Below, in pieces: positions 48,354 through 58,492 of a stretch of DNA of 64,000 nucleotides. The stretch is taken from the NCBI GenBank assembly GCA_041738615.1, contig JBGSPL010000001.1, positions 226,164-290,163 on the forward strand. Direction: 5' to 3'. This stretch comes from Patescibacteria group bacterium. Its GTDB lineage: Bacteria > Patescibacteriota > CPR2 > UBA1875 > CAIMLA01. Positions within the stretch are counted from its first letter, which is position 1, and each line of letters opens with the position of its first letter. Both the position numbers and the translations under genes were made by a program. The notes below the pieces were generated by a model that searched no databases, was not told where the DNA came from, and was given only the letters and a program-made list of their open reading frames with translations.

Positions 48354-49922
48354 CTACTTCTTCTTGGAGCCCTTCCTAGGACGCTTGGCTTTGTGTTCCG
48401 CAACCTGCTTCTTGAGCTTGTTCTCTGTTCGTCTATCCGATACCCACTTGAGGCCCCACAGGGCAGCAACACCGGCGAGTGATGATAAGCCGATAGCTAG
48501 AGCACCGTTTAGCGACGAGTCCGCGGTTTTCTCTGCACCTGTGAACTTTGGATCTACTAAGTTGATTGAAGCGATTTTCGACTTGTCAGACAAAAGCTTT
48601 TGCGCGAGCTCGGTAATCTGCTCTGGATAATCTCGACCAATTTCTGGCAACTGCAAGAGTGCAGATAGCTCTGCGTCCACCCCTTCACCAAGGTCAATCA
48701 GCCCAAACTTCTCTGGCTCTGCCGCGATAGCAGCTACGAGCTCTTTAGCAATCCATTGGGCGCCCCCTCGGTAAGAAAACTCGGAATATTCCGAGGATCC
48801 CCAATCTAAAATCCGCGACAGTGAAGCCGACTTTTTCTCGGTAAACATGAGCTCCCCGAGCATACCCATAGTTTCGTCACGGACACCCTCGGCAGATTGG
48901 GCCTGCATAAGCTCCAGGGCGCTCGTGGCAGCCGCTACCTGGTCCAACCCTAGCGTCTCCTCGTTCTGATAAAACAAGTGCCCCATTTCGTGTGCCACAA
49001 CTCTGGTAGGCACCTCTACATCAAAATCTTGAATATAACTCTCGGAAACAAATGAACCGAGCTGCATAGCTAGCACTTGTCTTTCCTCTACTGTCTTTCC
49101 TGCCTGCATTATCTTTTCCGCTCGACTCTGAATATCGAGTAAGCCCTCTGACCCTATTCTCTCCTTGGTCTCCTGTATTTGTTGCTTCTTCTCGGCGGCC
49201 TCGGTGTCAGCACCTTCTTTGTAGATAAGGACCGACTTGTATCTAGTTTGCCCTTCTAGTGGGGCCGTTGTCTTCACGCTGCTGATGCCCTCGCCATCGA
49301 GTACTAGTGGGCCGATATTCACAAGCGGAACCATCCTATCGCCGACTGCTGTCTCCACTACCGTATGCTTTGCCGACTCTACACTAAAGAAATTTGTGAT
49401 AACCCCAAAATAATCCTTGCCGGTTTCATCTGCGGCGATGGCCAAGACAGACTTGGCAAAGATGCCATACTGAGCCATTGCCTCTGGGAATCTTCGCTGC
49501 ATCACTTGTTTGTACTGTTCGGGACTAAAAGGAGTTTCTTCGTGCAAGACTTGTGCGACTGCCTGGTAAGCATCCTCGTGTGCTGCCGTTTGTTCGGCTG
49601 TAGGGGTCACAAATCCTGCGACTGTCTCCTGGCTATCGGCCATACCATCTGCAGCCACTAGCCTCTGGTATTCTTCTATCGCTGCTATCGCACTTTTTGC
49701 TTCTGCTGTTATCGGCTGCTGTTCGACCGCAAAGTCGATTGGCTTCATGGTTTCTTTGATATTCTCTACAATAACTTCATTTCCGCGAAACTCTGTCGAT
49801 GCCTCGGCACTTGTCGGTTTCTCTAGAGCCTCGGCAGCTACTGCCGCCGCTGTGCCGGCAACCCCCTGTAAAAACTGCCTCCTGGTTATTCCTCGTTCAT
49901 CTTCTGCATGATTCTCGGCCAT
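48354..49922 (-). CDS. Putative zinc metalloprotease with twin-arginine-like N-terminus and C-terminal anchor
   Basis: ITRRQFL, VAHEMGH...E, C-terminal TM and basic tail. Confidence 0.6.
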   Translation of the reverse strand: MAENHAEDERGITRRQFLQGVAGTAAAVAAEALEKPTSAEASTEFRGNEVIVENIKETMKPIDFAVEQQPITAEAKSAIAAIEEYQRLVAADGMADSQETVAGFVTPTAEQTAAHEDAYQAVAQVLHEETPFSPEQYKQVMQRRFPEAMAQYGIFAKSVLAIAADETGKDYFGVITNFFSVESAKHTVVETAVGDRMVPLVNIGPLVLDGEGISSVKTTAPLEGQTRYKSVLIYKEGADTEAAEKKQQIQETKERIGSEGLLDIQSRAEKIMQAGKTVEERQVLAMQLGSFVSESYIQDFDVEVPTRVVAHEMGHLFYQNEETLGLDQVAAATSALELMQAQSAEGVRDETMGMLGELMFTEKKSASLSRILDWGSSEYSEFSYRGGAQWIAKELVAAIAAEPEKFGLIDLGEGVDAELSALLQLPEIGRDYPEQITELAQKLLSDKSKIASINLVDPKFTGAEKTADSSLNGALAIGLSSLAGVAALWGLKWVSDRRTENKLKKQVAEHKAKRPRKGSKKK

Positions 49923-50055
49923 GGTGCGCTCCACTTATAGCAATATTTTACCCTTCTATATGTAATATTCAAAGCTGTTTGGACAAACTTCTATAAAGCA
50001 AAGTGCCCGCCTCCCACGGGCTACTCTGAAGTAGTGGTGGAAGTACGGGCACGTA

Positions 50056-50667
50056 CTAGGCGGGATCCTTCTGGAAGGTGAGCTGTTTCTCTTGCCCATT
50101 CCAGATTCTCACCCAGTTCTCGCGGTGGAGCCAGATGACCATAGCCCCCATCGCGAATGCAATCACTGCTGGCCAGGTCTCCAGGGTGTAGAGGTAGACC
50201 AATATCCAGAAAAGGCCAGCGATGGCGGTAGAGCCGATGGCAACGACCCTCGTGAGCGCGACTGCGAGCACGAAGATCACGAGCAGTACTAGAGCCACCG
50301 GCCACATCTGGTAGAAGAGCGCTCCAGCTCCGGGTGCGATCCCCTTGCCGCCCTTCCAGTGGAGGTAGAACGGGAAGGTGTGACCAGCGATGACGGACAT
50401 CATGATCAAGAGCATGATGGAAGCTGATGGGTGTTTCAGGACCGTGGCAGCGAGCCACATAGCCAGGATACCCTTGCCGGCGTCCAGTAGAAGGACGGCT
50501 AGCGCCGGCTTCCACCCCAGTACCCGATACACGTTGGTAGCGCCGAGATTACCGGAGCCAGACTCTCTGATATCGGTGCGGTAGAACACCTTACCGATTA
50601 CGAGAGCCCAAGAGATGGTACCGATGGCATAGGCCAGTGCGGCACATCCCACGTAGCTGAAAACCAC
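50056..50667 (-). CDS. plsY: Glycerol-3-phosphate acyltransferase PlsY
   Basis: DIRESGSGNLGATNVYR, DAGKG, GHTFP...GGKGIA, HREN..RI..GQE. GTG start after SD GGAGGT. Confidence 0.92.
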   Translation of the reverse strand: MVFSYVGCAALAYAIGTISWALVIGKVFYRTDIRESGSGNLGATNVYRVLGWKPALAVLLLDAGKGILAMWLAATVLKHPSASIMLLIMMSVIAGHTFPFYLHWKGGKGIAPGAGALFYQMWPVALVLLVIFVLAVALTRVVAIGSTAIAGLFWILVYLYTLETWPAVIAFAMGAMVIWLHRENWVRIWNGQEKQLTFQKDPA

Positions 50668-50707
50668 TTGCCCACCTCCTTGGGTGGTAGGAACGATGGT
50701 GCGGACC

Positions 50708-51676
50708 CTACTCGCCTTCGGCAAGAGCTTGGTTCGCGCCTTCGTAGATGCGGTCGACGATGGCAGCTGCAGGCTCGATAGCGTGGATGTGACAGGCCAC
50801 CTGGCCACACATCACACTACCCCACACCGTGTCACCCTGCTTCATCGCTTTCTCGAGGGCGCCGTCACCGAGGGCAGCCTTGCCATCCTCATCTCCGGCA
50901 GCCTCCAGCTCTGCGAAACGTTCCGAGAGTGCGTTCACGAGGACGCGCACGGGTCGATGGCCGATAGCCTTGGGCGTGTATGTGACTGTAGTACAGTCGC
51001 CCTGTGCCGCAACGATCATCTGCTTGACCTCATCTGCGATCTCGGTCTCCTCGGCTACGAGGAAGGCCGTCCCGACCTGAACGCCTTCGGCGCCCGCGAG
51101 GATTGCCTTCGCTGCACTCTGTCCGTCGTAGATACCGCCCGCGGCGATAACCGGGATACGGCCAGCGACAAGGGCGATGATGTCCGACAGGATGTCGAAC
51201 AACCCGTGATTGCCGATGTGACCGCCGGATTCGAGCCCCTCGACGATGAGAGCATCGACCCCAAGCTTCAGCCAGTAGTTGGCCCACTTTACCTCAGCGA
51301 CCAACGGGATCACCTTGACCCCAGCGCTCTGAAGCAAGGATACCTTGTCCTGACGAAAGACGCCGGCGCCAATCGTGACCGCAGTGACTCCACCTTCCTC
51401 GATGAGGACATCAATGAGAGCCTGCGCTTTGACTGCGTCGACTGCCATGATGTTCACCCCAAAGGGCTTGTCGGTAAGACCCTTGATCCTGCGGATTTCA
51501 TCCCGCAGTTCCTCGGGGGTCATTCGACCCGTGGCGATGATGCCAAAGCCGCCAGCATTGCTGACGGCTGCCGCAAGGGTGGCCGTAGAAACACAAGCCA
51601 TCCCTCCCTGTAGCACTGCCTTCGCTATTCCGAGCAACTCGCAGATGCGAGCGCCCCATTCGCGTATTCGTGCCAT
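50708..51676 (-). CDS. FabK-like enoyl-ACP reductase II / nitronate monooxygenase family flavoprotein
   Basis: QGGMA, LAAAVSNAGGFG, TDKPFGVN, EGLESGGH, PVIAAGGI, GVQVGT, MCGQVA. Confidence 0.85.
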   Translation of the reverse strand: MARIREWGARICELLGIAKAVLQGGMACVSTATLAAAVSNAGGFGIIATGRMTPEELRDEIRRIKGLTDKPFGVNIMAVDAVKAQALIDVLIEEGGVTAVTIGAGVFRQDKVSLLQSAGVKVIPLVAEVKWANYWLKLGVDALIVEGLESGGHIGNHGLFDILSDIIALVAGRIPVIAAGGIYDGQSAAKAILAGAEGVQVGTAFLVAEETEIADEVKQMIVAAQGDCTTVTYTPKAIGHRPVRVLVNALSERFAELEAAGDEDGKAALGDGALEKAMKQGDTVWGSVMCGQVACHIHAIEPAAAIVDRIYEGANQALAEGE

Positions 51677-51877
51677 GCCGAACTCCTCTCCTCGAGAGCC
51701 AATGGTCTCTAAACTGTCAATGAACCCCCAAGTAATCTATCGTTGGGAATTGGCTGGATTATACCCTAAAACCAAGCTTTATTCAACGAAAATATCGCAG
51801 AAACGCAAACACTCCGCCCCGCAGGCAGTACAACGGAGTGTTATACGCCCGCAAAGCGGAGTGGTAATAGAGGGCAG

Positions 51878-52645
51878 CTATTGAGCAGCCCAGACACGGT
51901 CACGGAGTGTCCGTGCAGCAGTGGGGATGTAGTTCATAGTGATGACATCGGCAGGAAGCTCCAATCCCTCAAAGCAACCTACGCTGCACGCCCGGAGCGC
52001 CATGACACCGCTGAAACCGTCGGCGCTGAGCGCTTTCAGGACATCCGCCCCCTTGATCCCGTCGTCGAGGCAACACTCGGTGAGGACGCCGGCCAGATGG
52101 CAGTCGTGGTGCGTGATGCGCGCTTCCTGAAGACTCGATACGGCGTAGACCGACAGGTCTCCCAGGTATCCGCGATACGCCTCCAGAGCTTCTGCTCGGG
52201 CAACAACCATGACGGCGGGCTTCACCAGCAACTCAAAGACCCCCGGGTGAGCGGTCTTCCAATCACGCCAACGGGTGTACTGGCCCTCCATGCTATCGAG
52301 GAGCTCGAGCAGGGAGAGAGCACTGTGTTCCGCCGGATTCGGGAAGTAGGCAGCGGGGTTCTCCCAGGTGTACTTCTTGTAACACCAGTCGCCCTCCCCC
52401 CTCTTCCAGAAGGTTACCGTGTTGGCGCAGGGCCCACCGATGAAAGTGCCCTGAGGAGTAACCACCTCCATCTCCTTGGCAGTGCTGCCCCAGGCGGGTC
52501 CCTGGCAGATGTACTCCACGAAGGAGCGAATCTGCCTTGCCTCTTGGGCAGTCACTTCAACGGAGCCAGGAAGCAGCGTAGCGATGTAGTCCGGTCTTCC
52601 AGGATCCTTCACAGGGATCCCCAGCTTTACGAGGTGCTCGTGCAT
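51878..52645 (-). CDS. Hypothetical protein (GC-rich)
   Basis: 255-aa ORF with SD-like AAAGG and upstream TATAAT. Confidence 0.6.
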   Translation of the reverse strand: MHEHLVKLGIPVKDPGRPDYIATLLPGSVEVTAQEARQIRSFVEYICQGPAWGSTAKEMEVVTPQGTFIGGPCANTVTFWKRGEGDWCYKKYTWENPAAYFPNPAEHSALSLLELLDSMEGQYTRWRDWKTAHPGVFELLVKPAVMVVARAEALEAYRGYLGDLSVYAVSSLQEARITHHDCHLAGVLTECCLDDGIKGADVLKALSADGFSGVMALRACSVGCFEGLELPADVITMNYIPTAARTLRDRVWAAQ

Positions 52646-52839
52646 ATTTCTAGCCTTTCTCTCGGCGTAAACTGCAAGTCGACGATATTATACGACGAAA
52701 TACCGCTTTCTACAAGCATAAGATGACACATCGGCGGGATAAGCCTAGTAATGGCAATAACGCAAAGGCTTCACTTTTTTCCTTAATTGGGCTATAATCC
52801 AAGCGGTTCTTTTGTATACATGCCGACACTGGGGGCGCT

Positions 52840-53238
52840 ATGAGCGAGAAACCTTTGACCCGTAGCGACATCGTCAGGGAAGGAAGGTGGCTGCTGATCC
52901 TCATCTGGATCTGGCAAGATGAGGCAGACATCGACAGGTACTTCGAGCTGGCTCGAATTCTCTTCGGGATGATCTTTGTGGAGCACAACACGGGCAAGCT
53001 TGCCGACCCACTGCTCTGTCGCCCGAGTTGGGCAAACCTGCCTCTTGCCAAGGCCGTCTTCGTACTCGCCAAGGCACAAGGATTCCAACGGGGCGAAGGT
53101 AGCCAGCTGGCTACCAAACTCTGCCACGCCAAACATACCCACAACCACTACCCCGTCATCAATCTCATGGTGATACAGGGAGTGCACCCCCGGGTGGCGC
53201 CTCGCCACGTTCCCCATCTCATCGCCTTGGTCGCCTGA
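52840..53238 (+). CDS. Hypothetical protein (GC-rich)
   Basis: 132-aa ORF, upstream TATAAT and GGGGG. Confidence 0.5.
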   Translation: MSEKPLTRSDIVREGRWLLILIWIWQDEADIDRYFELARILFGMIFVEHNTGKLADPLLCRPSWANLPLAKAVFVLAKAQGFQRGEGSQLATKLCHAKHTHNHYPVINLMVIQGVHPRVAPRHVPHLIALVA

Positions 53239-53336
53239 GAACCGCAGCGCCACTGGCGCACAGTCTCCCGCAAAGGAAGCGCCGTGCACCACTGGCGCTT
53301 CATCATTTGTCCAAAATTATGATAAAATATAGCCAT

Positions 53337-53816
53337 ATGAAAACTCTAATCACCTATGCCAGTAAATATGGCTCCACCAAGAAGTGCGCTCAGATGGTAG
53401 CTGCAGGCCTTATCAGTGAAGCTGATCTTGTAGACCTAAAGGAGTCCATCATAGTCGACCTAGATAAATACGACACGGTTGTCATTGGAGGCTCAGTAAT
53501 GATGGGTGTAATTCAGCGTGAGGTCCGCGAGTTTCTAAACAAATACGAAACCAGGCTGCTAGACAAAAAGCTGGGACTCTTTATTTGCAATATGCGGACC
53601 GATGAGGATGCGCAAGCTGAGATCGAGGTTGCCTACCCCAAGATCCTAAGGGATAAAGCGACGGCTGTAGAATACTTTGGCGGCGAACTAAACATGGAAA
53701 AACTGAGTAGATTTGATAAATTTATCATAAAATCAGTTACTAAGGAACGCGAGAATCTCTCTGCCCTACTTGAGCCAAACATAGACCGTTTTATCGATAA
53801 GATGAACCAAACCTAA
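53337..53816 (+). CDS. Flavodoxin domain protein (HemG-like)
   Basis: LITYASKYGSTKK, YDTVVIGGSV..G, FGG. Confidence 0.85.
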   Translation: MKTLITYASKYGSTKKCAQMVAAGLISEADLVDLKESIIVDLDKYDTVVIGGSVMMGVIQREVREFLNKYETRLLDKKLGLFICNMRTDEDAQAEIEVAYPKILRDKATAVEYFGGELNMEKLSRFDKFIIKSVTKERENLSALLEPNIDRFIDKMNQT

Positions 53817-53884
53817 GAAATTTCCCGACAAAATAACATCCTAAAATTCTATAGAATATTAGGATGTTATTTTACGATAAGTAC

Positions 53885-54151
53885 TCAGAATCCAGTGAGT
53901 GCGCGGTAGAAGAGAAAGGCAGTAATAGCCAGGAGTACAACAAAGACAGCTGTGCGGAAAACATAACTATAGGCGAAAAGGAAACGTAAGTAGAATATTA
54001 CAAAGGCAATCCAAACCAAAACTCCGACAAAGAAAAGTACCACCAGTCCCGCCCAGAAGGCAAAGAACGCCAATACCAGGATAGCGATTACAATCATCAC
54101 ATATAGTAGAAACCGAGAATCTTGGCGCAATTTGTTCAAGAAATCTTTCAT
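53885..54151 (-). CDS. Hypothetical membrane protein
   Basis: Hydrophobic, coupled to the upstream gene (TAATG). Confidence 0.65.
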   Translation of the reverse strand: MKDFLNKLRQDSRFLLYVMIVIAILVLAFFAFWAGLVVLFFVGVLVWIAFVIFYLRFLFAYSYVFRTAVFVVLLAITAFLFYRALTGF

Positions 54152-54990
54152 TACTTTGCTTCCTTCTTCTTGGGTTTCTTCTTTGCTGCTGGCTTTTGTG
54201 TCACCACGGCAAGACCATCATAGGCTTTTAGCCCCTGATAAATCTGATAGAGGAAATATCCATGAAAGGCGAGAGCAATGAAGTCCTGCATCCAGAGAAT
54301 GAGGAGTGTATCCAATACATAAAGTACCAGTGCCAACTTGATAGCACCGCGGCTGCCCTCGTTTGCCTTCTTGCCCAGCATGTAAAAGATAGAGGAAAAT
54401 GCCACACTGAGACCCACTACTATTGCGTTTACCGTCAGCGCGTCATAGCCCGCGCTTCTAAACGCGATTCCGAAAGCGTCGAAGATCATGCTGATGCCAA
54501 GCCCTATGACGAAGGTAACGCTAGGGTAAACAATAGAAATCAAGGTGTTGACGACCGAAAAGATACCGATCTGCATTAGGACGTTTGTCCCACGGAAATA
54601 GCTATTTTCGAGCTTTATCTGGCCAACGGTCTTCGTAATCACCTCATCATCACCAGGTGCTGCTACTTTTGAAGGTTGAACTGTTGTCACAGAGCCCGCT
54701 GGGACCATTGGCGAACTTTTCCCAAAAATCATAGCAAGACCCTGGGGCTTTAGCTTACTGGCTCCCATAAACATATAGGCAATAAAGAAGCCCATGCGGA
54801 CCAGAAGATAGAGTAGCGCAAATATGGAAACCACGAACATGAAGTTTTCGTAGGCGCCACTACCCTCCATGAGCCGGTCGATGTTAGTCACAATGATAGT
54901 CAAAAAATAGATCGCAAACAGATCTACAAATATTCGTTTGCTGTTCTTGAGACTATAGAATTCCTTTAGCCGTTGCCATAATGTGTTCAT
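54151..54990 (-). CDS. Hypothetical multi-pass membrane protein
   Basis: Several TM helices, basic tail. Confidence 0.7.
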   Translation of the reverse strand: MNTLWQRLKEFYSLKNSKRIFVDLFAIYFLTIIVTNIDRLMEGSGAYENFMFVVSIFALLYLLVRMGFFIAYMFMGASKLKPQGLAMIFGKSSPMVPAGSVTTVQPSKVAAPGDDEVITKTVGQIKLENSYFRGTNVLMQIGIFSVVNTLISIVYPSVTFVIGLGISMIFDAFGIAFRSAGYDALTVNAIVVGLSVAFSSIFYMLGKKANEGSRGAIKLALVLYVLDTLLILWMQDFIALAFHGYFLYQIYQGLKAYDGLAVVTQKPAAKKKPKKKEAK

Positions 54991-55039
54991 AGGTTTCCTT
55001 AATTAACATTTATTAACTAACAAATATCTTGGACTGAGC

Positions 55040-55849
55040 TTACGCCTTTTTGTGCCAACCTTCAATATCAATTATGTGAAGCGCGTTGGTTTCAGCCACA
55101 TACAAAAATTGGGAGGCTTGATAATCACTAAAATCAAAGTTAAAGCCATGCTTTTCAAAATATTCCTTGAGTCGTACTGCAGCACCCGTTATCCGCCGGA
55201 CAACATCGCTCTTTTCCGCTAGAAAGTCGGGGTTACCCTCACCTGAAACGATCCTCTGCTGCAGCTCCCCTATCGTTTCTGCACCAGGAATATACTCATA
55301 GGCAACATATTGTTTGGCTGTGTGCTTTTCGTCTACCTTCCGACTTACCACTCCAAAGATGGGTTCCGCCAAGGCAATATCGGAGAATCCTGAATCAGCA
55401 ACGATCCCCCTGTACTCCTCCGAATCTGCGAGGGTCTTGATCTCACTAGCCAACTTTAGTTCGTTCAAAATGCTGTGATGTGCGTTCATACCGCGGAGTA
55501 TCTTGCTGTCGTGCTCGGTCTTCTCCTCGGGTGCTTTGCTCCTCCGTTCCAGATAGGGCCTATTTTGCACCTCCGTGAGTCCACTGGATTTCTTTTGCTT
55601 GATGAAAATCTCAGAACCACCATCGACGGCAGGCAAAAGCGTGAATCTGCCGGTCTGGGGTTTATTCCCAGCCGTTTCTAATCCGTCGAGTGTATTGTTA
55701 GCGGCCATAGAAACAACCTCGACCATAGCCTCGTAGTTTTCGCTACTGTGTTTCCCAAGCGGCATTACGGCATCTACATCGCCAAAATGATAAATCTTGT
55801 TCGTTTGTGCAGCTGGATCTTGCTCCGGTTTACTCTGTATCTCTGGCAT
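55040..55849 (-). CDS. Hypothetical protein, possible kinase-like fold
   Basis: IFIK, YEYIPG, HIIDIE resemble protein-kinase-like motifs. Confidence 0.5.
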   Translation of the reverse strand: MPEIQSKPEQDPAAQTNKIYHFGDVDAVMPLGKHSSENYEAMVEVVSMAANNTLDGLETAGNKPQTGRFTLLPAVDGGSEIFIKQKKSSGLTEVQNRPYLERRSKAPEEKTEHDSKILRGMNAHHSILNELKLASEIKTLADSEEYRGIVADSGFSDIALAEPIFGVVSRKVDEKHTAKQYVAYEYIPGAETIGELQQRIVSGEGNPDFLAEKSDVVRRITGAAVRLKEYFEKHGFNFDFSDYQASQFLYVAETNALHIIDIEGWHKKA

Positions 55850-55861
55850 TTCTCTCGTTTC

Positions 55862-57037
55862 CTAGTTTCTTTGCAGTTTTGCGCTATCCAGCTTTGTTAG
55901 TATTTCAGAGCTGAAAGTATAGACTGTACCCTTATTCGCATTATATCTTTCCTCGGCCAGAGAGATAAGGTTCTCGACCAGCTCCACGCCTGAAACACCC
56001 ACTGAGCGCCAATTGTGGTCATAGAGCCCACCGGGAAGAGTATTGACCTCATTTACGTAAACCTCACCCTTCTTGCCTTCTATTAGAAAATCAACCCGGG
56101 CAATACCCGTACACCCGAGGGTACGATAGGTCATCTCTCCATACTTCAGGACCTTATCGGCAAGTTTCTTGTCTATAACTGCCGGTAGCTCACTATATTT
56201 TCCGTTCAGACTACCGCCACCACCAAGCTTCTTACCACCAGAAAGGTACTTGTCCGAAAAATCAAAAAACTCAGTTTTATTTAGTGGCCGCTCTATGTTG
56301 GCAAACTTCACAACGTCGTTGCCCATCATAGGGAGCGTAACCTCAATCAGGTTTTCCACCCCTTCCTCTACAAGGACTTTCTCGTCGTAATGCAGCGCCA
56401 CCTCTATAGCATTTTCGAGTTCCCCATATGTTTTTACCTTCGAGATAGCGATACTGGAGCCCAAATGAACGGGCTTCACAAATAGCGGCAATTTGAGCTT
56501 CTTAGCACTACCAAGTAATTCCTTGTTCTTTGCTGCCCAATCCGCGCGAGAAAACCACACAAAAGGCACCACCGGCACGCCCTCGGTTTGCAAAGCTTGC
56601 TTCGTGAGAGCCTTGTCCATCGCCACAGCAGAGGCAATGAGGTCACAGCCCACAAATGGTACATTCGCCATTCTCATCATCCCCATGAGACTCCCGTCTT
56701 CGCCGTAGGTGCCATGAAGTGCTGGAAAGACCACATCAATTTTCTGCTGCCTGGCCTTGATTCCGCCAGACCAGACGAGTGTAAAACCGTCATCAAAGGA
56801 GAAATGCAACTTCTTGAGTTTACCGATCTTCTCGTCAATATCCTCCACTTGAAAGTACGAAAAATCATTCATTGCAGGCTCTGAGTACCAGGAACCGTCC
56901 TTGGCGATATAGACCGGCACCACAGTATACCTCCCGGTTGCCTGTAACGAGCTGATTATCGGATAGTGTCCCGTAATGATAGAAACGTCGTGCTCTGCAC
57001 TTCGCCCACCGAATATTACTGCAATTGTCTTCTTCAT
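55862..57037 (-). CDS. ddl: D-alanine-D-alanine ligase family protein
   Basis: FGGRSAEHDVS, HGTYGEDG, MDK, VKPVHLGSS, ARVDF, NEVNTLPG. Confidence 0.92.
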   Translation of the reverse strand: MKKTIAVIFGGRSAEHDVSIITGHYPIISSLQATGRYTVVPVYIAKDGSWYSEPAMNDFSYFQVEDIDEKIGKLKKLHFSFDDGFTLVWSGGIKARQQKIDVVFPALHGTYGEDGSLMGMMRMANVPFVGCDLIASAVAMDKALTKQALQTEGVPVVPFVWFSRADWAAKNKELLGSAKKLKLPLFVKPVHLGSSIAISKVKTYGELENAIEVALHYDEKVLVEEGVENLIEVTLPMMGNDVVKFANIERPLNKTEFFDFSDKYLSGGKKLGGGGSLNGKYSELPAVIDKKLADKVLKYGEMTYRTLGCTGIARVDFLIEGKKGEVYVNEVNTLPGGLYDHNWRSVGVSGVELVENLISLAEERYNANKGTVYTFSSEILTKLDSAKLQRN

Positions 57038-57061
57038 ATCGCCTCCTTCGGCATAATTATA

Positions 57062-58492
57062 TCATCTGTACTGATCTGGTAAGTCCGTAGATAAGAGCAC
57101 CACGTCGCCTTTTACGGTAAGGTGGGGTAGCGCCCTGTGAACTGCAACCGTAGACTCATACCACAGGACTTCGCCCTGGTAGCCAGAATCCTTGAGCCCC
57201 TCTGCAACTATTTCTGTCATCGATGTTCGGACAAACAAGACCTTGTCTATCTTGGCTGCAGTAATTTCCCTGGCAATCTCTAGGTGCACTTCTCTGTTTT
57301 TTGCCCCCATCTCCACGAGGCCTGAAGTAACGTAAAATTTACGGTGTCCCTGGAGGTCGGCGAGGAAATCGATAACAGCTCTTGCCCCATCGGGATTACC
57401 GTTGTAGCTATCATCTAGAATGTAGATGTCATCCTTACTGCTGGTTAGCTCTAACCGCCTCGAGAAGGGCTTCGTGGCTGCAACCCCTGCGGCTAATTGC
57501 TGATCAGTGACCCCGAGGGTATGCCCTATTTGCATAGCAGCCACTAGTGAGCCCACCAAATGAACTCCGAGTAGGTCGGTATGTAAATCCAGAGTCTCGG
57601 CTCCATTTTGTACTGTAAAGTTCGTCCCGGTAAGGTCCGATGTGGCCGCTGCTACTTTGTAGTCGCCACAACCAAAACCAGAGTAAAACATATGGCTCCC
57701 CCGCCCCGCTGCCTTTGCTAGTTTGTTTTCGGCATTGATATACAGTGGTTTCTTCCCGATGCTGTCTGCGAGTTCAAAGATTGTAGCAACGGTTTTCTCA
57801 ATAGACCCAAACCTCTTCAGATGCGACTCATTTACACCGGTAATGACTCCAATGTCAGGACAAATAACTTTTGCAAGCCTAGCCACGTCACCGGGATAGT
57901 ACTCGCCTAGTTCAAAAACGAGAACCTCTTCGTCTCCTTTGAGGGTTTTCATAAAGTTATGGATGCCAAGTAAGGTATTGATACTCCCGCCAGGAGCGGC
58001 GACGACTTTACTGGATGAAATCACAGTCCGCAGTATTTCCCGCATGGTGGTCTTGCCGTAGCTACCAGCGATGGCGATCTTTACCCCTGGGTGCCCAGCG
58101 ATCACCTCCTTGAGTTTCTTTGCAATCGCTAGCTCGTACGGTTTCTGAATTAGATACTTGATAGTAAGAACTGGGATCGTGGCGAGATAAGGGAGCAAGT
58201 ATGGGATTGCAACGATGCCAGCAAGCGGCCAGTACCCAAGTGTAGGGAAGAAACTAGCTGTTGCTGCAATCACGGCGAACAACATGGCCAAATACTCTAG
58301 CCAGATTGCACCCCATATCACAAGGGCTTTCTTCGTCTTGTCGAGCCGCTCCACGTTCTCTACCTTCCTAAAGTTCGCTACCTTAAAGTACCATTCGAAG
58401 TAGTCGCCAAGATAGTATTCACTCGCCTGCAACATATATGTGAGCGACCGGGGGTAGCGAGGGCTAAAACGAGAAAGAGTTCGTCTTAACAT
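57062..58492 (-). CDS. murF: MurF-like ligase with N-terminal membrane segment
   Basis: IAGSYGKTT, FELG, ILDDSYNGNP, GLVEMG. Confidence 0.82.
   Translation of the reverse strand: MLRRTLSRFSPRYPRSLTYMLQASEYYLGDYFEWYFKVANFRKVENVERLDKTKKALVIWGAIWLEYLAMLFAVIAATASFFPTLGYWPLAGIVAIPYLLPYLATIPVLTIKYLIQKPYELAIAKKLKEVIAGHPGVKIAIAGSYGKTTMREILRTVISSSKVVAAPGGSINTLLGIHNFMKTLKGDEEVLVFELGEYYPGDVARLAKVICPDIGVITGVNESHLKRFGSIEKTVATIFELADSIGKKPLYINAENKLAKAAGRGSHMFYSGFGCGDYKVAAATSDLTGTNFTVQNGAETLDLHTDLLGVHLVGSLVAAMQIGHTLGVTDQQLAAGVAATKPFSRRLELTSSKDDIYILDDSYNGNPDGARAVIDFLADLQGHRKFYVTSGLVEMGAKNREVHLEIAREITAAKIDKVLFVRTSMTEIVAEGLKDSGYQGEVLWYESTVAVHRALPHLTVKGDVVLLSTDLPDQYR

Noticed and set aside
46751-52726. Long antisense ORFs (46751-47608, 50684-51613, 51881-52726, 47778-48329)
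   Set aside because: Shadow frames expected opposite GC-rich genes. The recognisable motifs or SDs are on the other strand.
55862-57037. D-Ala-D-Lac (Van-type) ligase
   Set aside because: The omega loop ends in KY as in D-Ala-D-Ala ligases, and there are no van genes nearby.
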